64,000 bases of DNA, taken from Tubiluchus corallicola (taxonomy: Eukaryota; Animalia; Priapulida). A program made the position numbers and the translations under genes. The DNA is taken from the NCBI GenBank assembly GCA_030141605.1, contig JAQGDQ010000484.1:1-64000 (forward strand), given 5' to 3'. Below the pieces are notes generated by a model, which saw nothing but the letters and a program-made list of their open reading frames with translations, did not search any database and had not been told where the DNA came from. How positions within the stretch are numbered: position 1 is the stretch's first letter; the number at the start of each line of letters is the position of its first letter. Below, piece after piece: positions 37,661 through 50,717 of the stretch.

Positions 37661-39501
37661 GCTATATCCTAACATTCGACAGTCAAACCCGCAATAAAGT
37701 AATTCTATCATTATCAGGATTCATCTGTTTAGTATTGTTAATGATTTTTCTGATGCGTAAATAATGCAAATTTACAAAGTGCCAAATTTGGCAAAATTTC
37801 TACTACTCGACTCAAAGCAATGGCATGTGTGTCCATCTCTCTAAGAATGATTACACGTGTATAATTTTAAAATAAGTTATTTTCCAATAAGCAAAAGACT
37901 AGTTCAATAAACAATGGCTGGGAGGTTAAGGACCAGCAGGCGTGTGGCCCTGGCACTTTAGTGAGAACTTAATTTTGTTCACACGCTTTTTTATGTTCTT
38001 TATGCGTTTTTCACTTTTTCTTTATTATAATTTTGGCCCTAAATAAATAATATAAATATATAATATCACACTGACGACTGACTTTCTTTGAAGAAGTCGG
38101 TTTACTGGAGTCCAACAATGTAAGGACATCTTCAGTGCAACTGATCACAAGTCTAATTACTGCTTCAAACGGCGCGTTGCAATGGGTAAATAGACTTCCG
38201 TTTGTGTCAAAAGATAGGTCACGGATCTAATTGCATAGCACACGAAGCCAACATAAAGCCGATGGTTGATTTCTGTGTTACTGCTGTCGAGTAGATTATA
38301 TGTATTCAAGCATTTTCTCAATCATTCGCTTATTTGGCAGACTTAATCGGATCTGATCAACGGCAGCAAACAGTCAAAATAATTTGCTTTCACTGCCGCC
38401 TGCTCTGGACGTCTCCATCCGTGTCAGGACCGGCGTGGTACTTCGTAAACGCTCAATACCGAAATCTATAACACCAACAAGCACGTGACGAGCAGCGCCA
38501 TCCCGCGGGAGCGTGAAGAAACAGCAGCTGATTTCGAATCCACGCTAGGACGCTTCCGACAATGCGTGAGTCCAGTCTGATAGAAGATAACCGTAGTTGA
38601 TGAAGAAGCTGTCTTCCAGTTTGTTTGTGGTAATGAAGCCAACGCTCTTAGCTTAAGCCGTAATGGACTGCGTGCGTACGTCGAAAGTGAAGCCACTTAA
38701 TTTCTGTGTCACAGTTATGTGAGATGCCAAGAGGGCGTTGCGTGAACAATGCGAACAACAGATGTTTGAAACCCACCTGGCTAGAAACTCTGACAAAGTG
38801 TTCAGTTCACTTACTTTCGTATCTACTACAATTTTATAACTACAGTTTTTGAACTACATACTGTTTTCTACCTGTGGACAGTGACTAGGCTTCTCGGGTC
38901 CCTGTTGTGGATCCGCTGCTCTTGTGCTTCAGTGTGTGTGTACAGACATTGCAGACTCAAACAACTGCTGTGTTGAACAAGGCTCTTATCTGTTTCCCTT
39001 CTTTTTTTGTATACTTGCTCTTGCGAACTTTAATGTCAGAGATCTTTAGCAAATAACTGAGTGTGAGTGCGCATTTTTAGCACAGACAGCCACAGCTAAA
39101 TACTGAACACCCTGTTCTGGGCCTGCCCTATTTTCTCTTCGAATACGTGACAATCAGACGCGTTTAACTCTTTTTTCCAAAACCTGCTAGAATCACTGCT
39201 GGATGCGCCCCTCTGCTTGTTTTACTGGAGACTTATGAAACTCTGTGGTTTTCCTACGTAAGAGCGTTAACTGGATTCGATCTGCCTGCTTGTGTGCTTT
39301 GCTTTCTTTGAAGTGACACTCTTTTCTAGTGACGCCCTGCTCTAGTTCTCCTCTTATAGGGTTTTTTGCCTCGTCAAGCGCAGTGATGACATAATTGAAC
39401 TAAGCGCTAGTGACACCCTGCTCTGGATTTGCCTCCTATTGGTTTTTTTTGCCTCGTCAAGCACAGTGATGACATAATAAAAGTAATGCTACCTGCCTAT
39501 C

Positions 39502-40484
39502 ATGCTCGCTGAGGGGGTGGTGGCCTGCATTATAATATGTAATGTTGGCTTGCTCCAGTACACACAGTCCGACCTGGTTTCATCTGCATCTCCTAAGAAA
39601 CCTTCTGCGCTGCTGGACGAAATGTTTAACAAAATGGAGAAAGCGAACAGGTACTGCAAGAGATCAAAGAAGCCGAAATACCTGCTGAAAAGCAGCAGTT
39701 GGAAGCCGGTGGAAGGGCAGTTGGCAGAATTGAACAGGGCGCTGTCGCTGGCGACAGCGACAGTCTCAAATGAAGCCACGTACTGGAGCTTCCACCTACA
39801 ATCTGTGCATCACGCGCGGCTGATAAATATCAATTATCTATACAAATCTTTGGCTTCTTCATTAGCTGTAGTACACAGCGATGTTTACCGCGTGGGTTTG
39901 ATGTTTGAGCAGGGGGCGCTGCAGGACAAATTTTATGCTAACTTGAACCGATCCAATCTACTCTTTGCACCGGGAGTCACCAGATCGCGTGCTGATAACT
40001 CACTGAACCGTAGCAATGACCACGTGATCGACAAAAAATCGTTCATGGATGACAATTCAGGTCGCGGAGACCTTTGGGATTCGAGTAAGACATCGAGAGT
40101 TCGGTCAAGCTCTTTGCGTTATCTCGATACCACTGATGGAGTGTCAACAGCAGCGCGTGTAAACACTTCAGTAAGTGAATCCAACATCGTGTTATTTACA
40201 GAAGATTCCGGGTCTTCCATCGACTATACGCACACTGATTCATGGCCCGAGAACCTGGCGTTTAAACAATGGCTTCCCGATCGACAAAACGGCTCCATTC
40301 GTCCCATATCCGTCAAGGTGAAAATAGAAGGGCAGAAATCACGACGCGCTTTCATACCCAATGTCAAACTGCCCAAGGTGAGCAGGCCTTACCTGGACTG
40401 TGACGGCGAAACTTGGCTTCTGACGGTTACCATGCCGATTGTCAACATCGTGCCTCGGCCGAAAATCAAAGAAGGGAAGAAACA
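39502..40484 (+). CDS. Orphan/alternative first exon (1A): signal peptide plus divergent GPR158/179-type Cache-like ectodomain
   Basis: 334-aa ORF from ATG with a hydrophobic N-terminus. Shares motifs with exon 44215-45128 (LNR, Y.YKS, WLPDR, PY.DC...W.LT...P.V...PR). ca|gtacgt donor in phase 2; a second phase-2 donor follows 40502. Confidence 0.8.
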
Positions 40485-40774
40485 GTACGTGCTCTTGTTG
40501 AGGTAATTGAAGCTGCACTCTTTTTGCAACCAAATTCGGGCTGTAGTGGCCTCGGGTGAGGTGCTCACCTGATTGTCTGTGTTTGATTGGTATGTTTGTT
40601 TGTTTTGTTTTGTTTATTTGTTTGTTTGTTTGTTTATTTGGTTCTGGGACCAGTTAATTTTTTTACGCGTGCGCCCGAGAATTTATTGTCCCTTGGAGTG
40701 ATTCGTTGAGAGCAGATTCCTTCTATTTTATAACTATGCCTGCCCATTGTCTACATTAGACTTAGTGAGCACAT

Positions 40775-41285
40775 AGTGATGATGATGATGACGATGATAA
40801 TAATGATAATGTCGATGACGACGATGATGAAAATTATGGTGATGATGATGATGATGATAATGATGATGATAATGGTGACAATGATTAACGATGATTGATG
40901 ATAACGACGACGACAATGATGATGATAATAATGATGAAGATGATAAGGATGGTAATGACGACGATGAAGACGATGATGACAACAATGATAAAGATGATGA
41001 TAATGGTGATGACGATTGATGATGACGACGACGATGATGATGATGATAATGATGGTAATGACGACGATGAAGACGATGATGACAACAATGATGACGATGA
41101 TGATAATGGTGATGACGATTGACGTTGACGACGACGATGATGATGATGGTGGTGACGACGATAATAATGGTAATGACGACGACGACGATGATGACGACAA
41201 TGATGACGGTAATGATGATAATAGTGACGGTGATTGACGATGACGACGACGACGATGATGATGATTGTGATGACGATGATAATAA
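40775..41285. repeat. (GAT/GAC/AAT)n compound trinucleotide tract
   Basis: Direct inspection; source of several spurious poly-D/M/S/H ORFs. Confidence 0.95.
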
Positions 41286-41701
41286 GGAAGATGCGGGTTA
41301 ACTATATTTGATACAGTTACAGTTCCCGTTGAAAGTTCTAAAAGGTTTAAAACAAGAGTTAAAATCAATCAGAGTGAACCAGTTTACTGGAATAGCTGTA
41401 AAACTGTCATGAACTGCAATGATCAAAGTCACCAGAATGCTGTAGTCTTATGAGACAAGCGCAGTTTGCTGGGGAGGTGAATTACGCATGTGATGACCTT
41501 GGATGAGCGGCTCGAGGACAAATGTCAGTCTCCCCAAAAACATTGAATTTAAAAGTGCAACGAGCATATATGCAGTCCGTAATATGAAATGACATCAGCA
41601 AAGATGTGTTAGTCTGTATTGTACAATTTCAAGTATTGGTTAGGCGACCACTATTCTTACAAACATCATCAATAACTAAGCGTGTCAGGAAATGATATCC
41701 C

Positions 41702-42697
41702 AAAAAACTGAAATCCCCCACTCTATATCAGAAACCAAAAAGAATTTGAAAAAAACTGACATCCCCACTCTATATCAGAAACCAAAAAGAATGGGCAAAA
41801 ACTGACATCCCCCACTCTATATCAGAAACCAAAAAGAAAGGGCAAAAACTGACATCCCCCACTCTATATCAGAAACCAAAAAGAATTTGAAAAAAACTGA
41901 CATCCCCCACTCTATATCAGAAACCAAAAAGAATGGGCAAAAACTGACATCCCCCACTCTATATCAGAAACCAAAAAGAATTTGAAAAAACTGACATCCC
42001 CAACTCTATATCAGAAACCAAAAACAATTTGAAAAAACTGACATCCCCCACTCTATATCAGAAACCAAAAAGAATTTGAAAAAACTGACATCCCCCACTC
42101 TATATCAGAAACCAAAAAGAATTTGAAAAAACTGACATCCCCCACTCTATATCAAAAACCAAAAAGAATTTGAAAAAACTGACATCCCCCACTCTATATC
42201 AGAAACCAAAAAGAATTTGAAAAAACTGACATCCCCCACTCTATATCAGAAACCAAAAAGAATTTGAAAAAACTGACATCCCCCACTCTATATCAGAAAC
42301 CAAAAAGAATTTGAAAAAACTGACATCCCCCACTCTATATCAAAAACCAAAAAGAATTTGAAAAAACTGACATCCCCCACTCTATATCAGAAACCAAAAA
42401 GAATTTGAAAAAACTGACATCCCCCACTCTATATCAGAAACCAAAAAGAATTTGAAAAAACTGACATCCCCCACTCTATATCAGAAACCAAAAAGAATTT
42501 GAAAAAACTGACATCCCCCACTCTATATCAAAAACCAAAAAGAATTTGAAAAAACTGACATCCCCCACTCTATATCAGAAACCAAAAAGAATTTGAAAAA
42601 ACTGACATCCCCCACTCTATATCAGAAACCAAAAAGAATTTGAAAAAACTGACATCCCCCACTCTATATCAGAAACCAAAAATGGGCAAAAACTGAC
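41702..42697. repeat. 47-bp minisatellite (~21 near-identical units)
   Basis: Unit aaaaaactgacatcccccactctatatcagaaaccaaaaagaatttg. Confidence 0.97.
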
Positions 42698-44214
42698 AGA
42701 ACCACGAAAATAACATTTAATTTTCAGTGAAGAACATTTATCTTAAAGCATCTTAAACTGTAGCTTAAAACAGTCTACCCTTTAAAATATTGAAAAGAAA
42801 CATGGGTTTTATTGGAACATCGTGTTCATGACTTATGTGAAAGAATTATTATCACACAGACACAATTTCATGTTCGTGCCACTAGTTCTTCGCTTTTACA
42901 GACATTTCCCCATTTGCTAGTTAGGCGAGCACTAGCCTGCATTTCGGAAGCGCATTGCTCAAAACACAAACATTTATTTTCAATTTTCAATTACCTTCCT
43001 AATGAGCCATCGTGTGTACGAATCGTTCCACAATGAGGGAAAATATATGGTATTGAATACCAAAAAAGCTCAAAATTCACGTCGTAATCACAGGCGGGCT
43101 TAAGCTTTTGGCCACGACTGTAATTTATTTTTTTATATATAATAGTTACATCCTGGAACTAAAATATTTTAAAACAAAATTGCAAGCTATTTGGAGAATT
43201 TCAGAATCGTTTGAGCCAAATAATAATTTTAGTTCCAAATAATCTGACAAGTATGTAAAGTTTGGATATAGAAAATACAGATTACAGCCTTTATGCCTGT
43301 GCGCTACAGTAATTATATACCTAAGTTTACTAAGGTAGTACAACAGTTAAGAAAACGGAATAAAATCATTACTGATGCTAATTAGCTGCATTGAAAATGG
43401 AAGTGTTGCATAACACGAAAACCATAGTTACCATTTTTTGCTTTGGGTCTTATTTGTTACTAACTACAATTACATGCATACATATTAGTGGTATGTATTT
43501 GCAATAATTTCTGTAGTAAACCTATGTACGGTTCGTTATGTGATTGCCGGTCATTTAAGACAGAAGGACTTTAAGTGACCACGGTACAATATCCAGCCGG
43601 TGAGTAATTTTCTAAATCTACATCATCAAAACATACAAATAGACTGGCGAATAATAAACTGCAGGCTACACAATTCCTATACGAATTTTGCGCAAAACCA
43701 TGCTGCGCGCCCATCTAAACCGTCTCACCTGGGTAATCAGCAAGCTGGGATGCTGAACGCTGTACTACCTGCACGCCATTTCAAATACCTGTCGGCTCAA
43801 CGTTTTGTGTCTGCAGCACCAATAACAAGGCGTGCCCAGGTTTGGTGTTGAAAGTTGTTGTTTTTTACTGCAGGAGAAAAGTGACTTGAGACTGACGACT
43901 GTGTTGTGCTCGTACAGTGTAGTGCCGTCCAGTTTGTGTCGTAATTACGAATATTATAATCATACAGGCTGCGAATCGTATTTCTGTAGTTTTTCTGTAC
44001 AGTATACATGTGCATGAGTTAGTTGTCTTCTGTCATACTTATGGAAGCAGACGATTAAACGTTGATGACAAAGATCTACGGCATTTTAGTCTGTTTTAAA
44101 GGCTTTGACGAGCTTGTGAAATTGTCACAATAATTATGTTATAAAAGTGCCTTAGGAGGGAAAACTCATTTGGCAGTTAATAATTTTTCGACTTCCGTCC
44201 ACGATCATATCAAA

Positions 44215-45128
44215 ATGGCTAGACAGATATCGACAGGGTCAACGTTACCCATAGTTCTCATATCTTGCATAATTGCTTCTACGTTTGCCCAGTTTCGGTG
44301 GCAGGTCACGGACCATTACGATGAAGTGCGCGAAAAGATGAACCAAGTTGATGCCATCAATTGTAAGACAAAGCAAATTGAAGACTTGTTCCTCAGACGT
44401 GATACCGTCCCTGCAATTCCTCACATAACAGATGTGGATCCGAAGTATCCCAACCGAACAAACTTGTATCATGTTCACAATACTGCTCTCAATCGAGGTT
44501 TCTTCTTCTCATTTATATTTGCGTTAGAAGGAGATCGGGGCGAGCCGGGGCTCATGTATTACTACAAGTCCGAAAGTGCCGACATTTTGGGGAACAAGTG
44601 GGTAAATGCTTCTGGTGTGTTCTTTGACATAAATGGCACCTATCCCAACTTCTACAGGGACTTTTTTAATAGAACTCTGCCTTTGTTTGGACCGCACACG
44701 TACAGATTTGATGATTTTAACGAGCCTACCAACCCGCACAGGGAAGCGTCTTTATTCACGACTGAGAGTACAGATATGGGAGCCGGGCCGGGCACACCAT
44801 ATAATTCTCCTTATTTTAAAGTAAACAGTTGGTATAAAGCTTGGTTACCAGACAGAAGGACACAAAAATCAATTTATCACGTGAGAATCAAATACTCGAA
44901 TGTCACTGGACAATTTATCAAGGGCGAAAAAGATGATTACGAATTCAAATTCGACTTTTTTGGTCCGCCCGGTCCCACTGATAAGACCGACGAAACCCTG
45001 GGTCCGGTCGTATGGTCGCCGCCTTATTTTGACTGTGGACGAAGCAATAAATGGATTCTCACGGCAAGCGTTCCAGTTGTAGATCTTTATCCCAGACATA
45101 CAGAGTGGCGGCATTTACAAGACCACAA
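44215..45128 (+). CDS. Tandem GPR158/179-ectodomain-like protein, exon 1 (1B): signal peptide plus Cache-like domain 1
   Basis: caaaATGg start, signal peptide ending ...STFA|QF, motifs SGVFFD, LFGP, WSPPYFDCGRSNKWILTASVP. aa|gtaagt donor, phase 2. Confidence 0.92.
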
Positions 45129-45223
45129 GTAAGTATTTGAAATCTTGAAACTGCAAGCGAAGCTTATTCCTGTCGATGTTGCAAGATTTTATAGATTCTG
45201 TATCTATGTACCTTTTATAGAAT

Positions 45224-45600
45224 AAGCTTTTCATCGCTTTGTTGGACACACGTGTGGTTGCTGTAGGTCAAAGGTTAAGTGCACCTCAGCAACGTGTCTT
45301 AACTACAATTGTCACATGACATGTGAGTAAAGCAAAACTGTCTGCCGCATCAATTCAGTAACTTCAGTTGTTTTATGTGGACTTTACTTAATTATGCATT
45401 AGTCTGTGCGTAGAGTGATTTACTAGCAAGGTCTTGCTTGGGAACAAGAAAAAATGAACTAGGTAAGGTTCTAGCTAGCCGTTAAAACTGTTACTATTAC
45501 AATAACATGGGTTGTGAGGCTTTGTCAAGTGTAAACGAATATGTTGTCTGGTACACTTAACCTTTGGCCTTTTCACGATCATCATCAATCGCTGAAACCG
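45224..45600 (+). mobile_element. MITE family A copy (intron 1 of gene 2)
   Basis: Family body with degenerate TIRs. Confidence 0.75.
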
Positions 45601-45758
45601 TATCTACGTGCGTTCCGTGTTGCAGAACCTTGAGGTGACGAGTTATTTCAGATTGCCGGACTTGCAGCAGAAATCTTTGAAAAACAGAAACCGCTTTACC
45701 TATAATATTATACCTTATAATTGTCAGTGAAGCCAGCTGATGTCGTTGTTTCTTCTAG

Positions 45759-45885
45759 GTACATCGCTGTTGCCACTGCCAGCATTGATCTGCAGCAAGT
45801 TGACATGAATCAGTGTCCGATAGGATTGGGCAACGAAGGACCAAACTATTTCGCTGGAACTGCGAAGTGCAAGAAGACGACTTAT
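45759..45885 (+). CDS. Tandem GPR158/179-ectodomain-like protein, exon 2
   Basis: ttctag acceptor, gtgagt donor, phase 2 to 0. YIAVATASIDLQQVDMNQCP...FAGTAKCKKTTY carries the GPR158-type D.NQC motif. Confidence 0.92.
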
Positions 45886-47342
45886 GTGAGTCATTTTGAC
45901 ACTTTCTTTGATTAAAGCCAAAACACCACAACTTCCAATTCACATACTCAGAAATCATGCCAAATGTTTCGACAGATAACTGCTGTCATCATCATTGGTG
46001 AATTTTAGAAACATACAGCTAGTTTATATAGGCAGAGCCTGTAGAACATTATGCAAGTAATTAAGTAATTAACAGAAGCCAAATTGGTAATGAATAAGCA
46101 GACCAGTAAATAAATTGATACAGTAAATTATGCACTAATTATGTATTTACAAAAAGCCAAATAGGTAATGATTAAGCAGATCAGTAAATAAATTGATACA
46201 GTAACAAATAGTTAAGTGTTTGAAAATAAAAATAAAGGAGTTAAACTGCTTTGCACACTAAGAGAAGGCTTATTAGGGTACATAGATAAACTTTCTTTTA
46301 TTAAGTCCCAGTTATTTGTAGCTCTGGTCTCAATGCTGAAATTATTAAAACCAGCTTCGTGGCCAGAGGCACAAATTTGATCATTAATGCTGGATTGAGG
46401 AGAATTTTTTAATTTCTTGCCAGTTCTAAACGAAATACCAAAATGTCGAGATGCAGTCTGTTGAAACGTTTGTCGTGATATGTGTATTGGAAGTTTTAAT
46501 AACGTTGTGTTGTTTTAGCTCTGAATGTTTTTAAGTGCCTATAATAAAATCATTTCTTTGACTATTATTTTGCGCAGCGTGACGAAGAGTGTTACAGTTA
46601 GGGCTTGTTTACCCGCTAGATTAGTATAGCCTGCAACCTAGTGCCCCTCTCAAGCTTGGGGGGGGGCATACTTTGTATTGCTGAATGATTCATATAACTT
46701 ACAATAAAATTTCAACTCGAAAAAGAAGGCTAAGAGGTCTGAAAATCCAATTTTAACGTGGCTCCTCATTTGAGATAAAGGAACCCTGTTTGAGGTCTTT
46801 TATTTGAGACAAAGGGCCTTTGATTTGAGTCCTTTATTAGAGATACGGCCCCTCCTTGAAGCCTCTTGTTTAAAATATGGGCCCCCTGCAGCTATACAAA
46901 TGTTGCTGAAATATGCCACAACTAAAAATGTTCGAGACAAGCGCGAGCAAATTAGAGGGTGGCTCCATCTGAGGGCGCCCCATAATTTCATTAGCCCCAC
47001 AAGGTTATAATCTGGCCCTGGTGGCAGTGAATTGGTATTTGGCCGATCTGAAAATGTGCAGCGAACCATTGCTGTGTGCTGTGCACAGGTTTGATTAATT
47101 TGGCAATTTGTACATGCTCAATCAATACTTGTTGCAGTTTACTGGGTTTGCCAATACTTTTGCTCTAAGAAGCCTCAAAAAAGATGCAAAAACCTCAAGT
47201 TGCAACAGAGAGAGTGAATGAGAAAGAGAGAGGGAGAGTAGAAAGATAAAGAGGGGGCCATGGTGGAGCTAAAGAAGGAAGGTAGAGAAAGGGGTGATGA
47301 ATTGATTTGACCTATGGTCAGGTTTTATTTTATTTTCCTTAG

Positions 47343-47508
47343 TGTGAACCTTTAATCGGATGGGGTTTCCGTCGTGGTGGTTATAGATGCATCTGCAACC
47401 CAGGGTATAGGTATCCACATTGGCAACGAGGACCATTTATGGGTGACGTAATTGAAAGGGCGACTCGGGCAGAGTACGAACATGGATTTGACTGCATTAA
47501 AATTGGAG
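47343..47508 (+). CDS. Tandem GPR158/179-ectodomain-like protein, exon 3 (EGF-like Cys-rich module 1)
   Basis: ccttag acceptor, gtattt donor, phase 0 to 1. CEPLIGWGFRRGGYRCICNPGYRYP...GFDCIKIG. Too short to appear in the ORF track. Confidence 0.9.
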
Positions 47509-47556
47509 GTATTTATGAATTTACCAGTATGGCCAAGTTGTTGTATCAGGTGGTAC

Positions 47557-48010
47557 CAGTGGCGGCTCGTAGTTAAAATTACTGGGGGTTCTGCTTCAGA
47601 AAAATTTTAGCCATTGTTTTATTACTGTGTAAAAAGAAACAAACACTTGTAATTTTGATTTGTAATTGTAATTTTAAACAAACAAACAGAAAAATTTAGA
47701 TGTAATGCATATATGTATGTACGTGACAACTGACAACAAACTGCGTGAGCAACAGTACTTTCTCTACCTAGCAGCAGATGCTAGCAGCGTAAAGCGTATT
47801 ATCACAGGCATGTGCATATGGTCGAATGCGCGCAGCAGCCAAACTCCGCATTGCAACTGTGCTGGACTGTGAAGCAAGCAGTACTAGCCTCACGTGTTCT
47901 ACTTCCGTACAAGTATAAAGAAAAAGACTTGTTGTTGAATATTATCAATAATATTGTGTGCTACAGGGTGTGCTGCAGTTCCACAGTGCTTATACAGGAG
48001 GCGCCAATGA
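47557..48010 (+). mobile_element. hAT-type MITE family C copy (single internal unit)
   Basis: cagtggcggctcgt start and body shared with 31198-32054. Confidence 0.78.
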
Positions 48011-48781
48011 GAGGCACGAAAAAAATGTGCCGAAACTTTGATCAGCATATTATAAGAATAAAATGACAGAATTGTTTGAAATTATCAATATTACAGACGA
48101 TTACGTATAAATATCAAAAACTTTTTGTCATTTATTTAGATTTTTCTAAAGACACAGAAGTTTTAAAACGTCAAGTCAAAAAATATAATTATGGCGGAAC
48201 AGATAGTCTTTCTCTGTCGTTAAAATTTACAGCAAGTCTATTATGTTTCCATTTTCAATGAAAACTAGACAAAGATGTTCCTCGCAACAGCTGATACAGT
48301 TTTTCACATGTTTCGAGGGGGCGGGGTATTTTTGCTTTTAGCTATTCTTGCTTTATTTCTTTTGCACGAGAGGGCACTTCCAGGCAATGCCATATGTTTA
48401 ACAAAACTCAGGTACTTTAATCCAGATGACTGAGACCTATTTTGATTAACAACAAATTTTTGTCAGTGCTTTACCTTTTGCGGTGAAGACCCGGAAGTAA
48501 CCCGGTTGATGTCCTTATTGTTTTGCTGCCTTCTTTTAAGTGCTTCATACGTCAAAGTGGCCGTTTTTCATTTAATGATTGGCCAACATTGTTCCATCAA
48601 AAGCTTTTCGGCCATAACTTAAAAACCACTAAAACTATGAACTTGTAACTTTCACAGCTTAAAGTTAATGTATTCTAATATCATGCTGTGACACTTTAAC
48701 CTTGCAGGCCCCTTGCTTCTAATGTTATTGCAAGTCTTAATTTTGACACATTTTTTCTGGGCCACTGCGTATTTATAAGTA

Positions 48782-49817
48782 CACTCATATCTCACTTTGC
48801 TGGACCTCACTTTTTTTGATATCTCAAGAATCGGACAAAATTTGGACCAGTTAAAAGTCGCTCTACTACGGCCACTGTCTGTTGTTTCGCGAGCTGACAG
48901 CTAGGTGGCGGGACGTGACTTTGTTTACATCAGTGTAACCACGTGCATATCTCTGAGTCAATTGCCGACAGTTTTTCCCTTTTGCATAGGAGCTGCACGT
49001 ACTAGACATTTTTGAGACAATTAGGTAATTGATTCTACATTACCGTGATTCTAATACACGGCGCCTACTGTATTAGCTTAGTATCGGAAAATACGGACAT
49101 TCAGTAAATTCGGACCGTCGTCTCTTTGCTTGGCGCTATTACACTTTCGCACCGCCTAGCTTTTCCTGGCCAGAAAGCAGACCAACAGGCGTAATATACA
49201 CCATATTCCCATAATATTATTGCTTCTTACGCTTTATAATTCCAGATTAAAATCATACATTACTTACTGTCATCAACACGTAAGAAGCTCCACGTGAATA
49301 ACCGTGTTTACACCACTAATGCGCAATCGCTCTCGCGCAGTGACGTATGTGGCCCTTAGCATGTATTTTTAGTTTTTTGCATAATTTATGATTATTATGG
49401 TTGCAGCCACGGGAGTTTGTATCGTATTACAGTGTTCCCACATATTAGTTTATAAAAGTAAAGGTTTTTTCTTTATTTCGTAAATGCAATTAAGATAAAA
49501 GTGTGTCACGTGCCTTTTAAGCTAGGCCCTGATAATGCTTAAACTAGTACGAAATTCGTCACGTGACTACACACACAAACAAGATGGCGATACGCCCTGT
49601 ATAGGTGTAGAACTGTGAATACAGCGTAATTATTGGTAATTATACCTAAATATATGATTAAATTACAATTAGATTAGCGGAAACATTCACTGATGACGTA
49701 AGAATAATAGACTGATGACATACGAGCCTAAAAACGAGTAATAACCTAGAAAAAGCTAGGCGGTGCAAAAGTGTAATAGCGCCCTTTGCTTTCGTTCAGC
49801 AAACCAAGATATGAGTG
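48782..49817 (+). mobile_element. TA-flanked MITE (host of a nested insertion)
   Basis: TA|cactcatatct ... agatatgagtg|TA. Confidence 0.7.
49132..49783. mobile_element. Nested non-autonomous DNA transposon with long GG-starting TIRs and 8-bp TSD (Merlin- or MULE-like)
   Basis: TIR ggcgctattacactttt/cgcaccgcctagctttt at both ends; TSD CTTTGCTT at 49124-49131 and 49784-49791. Confidence 0.85.
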
Positions 49818-50717
49818 TAATAATATATCTTTTATTTTCGTTGGATACTTGCGCATAACGTAGCGTCATCTGGTTGTACAACTACTTATGCTGATTGCTA
49901 CGAGTGACATTATTTAAAAAATGCAACACTGCTATATTGCAGCAGCGTATATGTATTGCTATAACTGATAACACATGTAAGTTGTAACTTCCCAAATAGC
50001 ATTTAAAACTTCTGCAGTTCACTACGTAAAATTTTTCTTAAAGGACAGAACTAGTCACTCAGTATGTTTGGTTTATTTTACTGTTATCACTTAAACGTAG
50101 AAAAACATAACAAAAAAATTTGCAAAAAACTGCCTATAAAGCATAACATACGCTACTACGAATAGGTATTTTCAGGCGTGATGGTTGCTGACATTCACTT
50201 AAAAATTATGACGTAACTCGTGGGCTTCGTGACTTTTTGTAAGCACATCGTGGCTTTAAGTCAGCGCTCTCTACTTAAAGTGATTCAAACTTCTGCAGCT
50301 TACTTAATGCTCCCGCAAAAATATAACAAAATTAGCTATCTATTTTTTGTAAAAACTTATTATAGTTTTGATGAAGATTCACCGTGCGCTACTTTTCCTC
50401 AAGACGAGTGATGTCATTGGAAGAACAATGGGCATTCAAAATGGGAGCGTCCAAGCATGAAGTGATCGCGACTTTAAAGTGATTTTACTAATTACACGAG
50501 GCGCTTATTCGAGTTTTATTACTACATCTTTCTAACATTCTTGGCAAACATTGAAATAAGCCTACCTCCTAGAAGGCTTGATGTTTCCTTTAACCAACTC
50601 ACAGTTGTTAAAGAAAGGGAGTGTGACCTGTTATATAGCAGCTCTGTTTTCTGTGTACAATTATAACCACACGTGCTTTTGTATGAATCACTGATAATTA
50701 TTGATTACTCTTTTCAG

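Noticed and set aside
40734-41368. ORFs encoding poly-Asp/Met/Ser/His/Ile proteins
   Set aside because: Artefacts of the (GAT/GAC)n tract, open in several frames on both strands, with no convincing splice context.
41702-42697. CRISPR-like array (47-bp repeats)
   Set aside because: Pure head-to-tail minisatellite without spacers.
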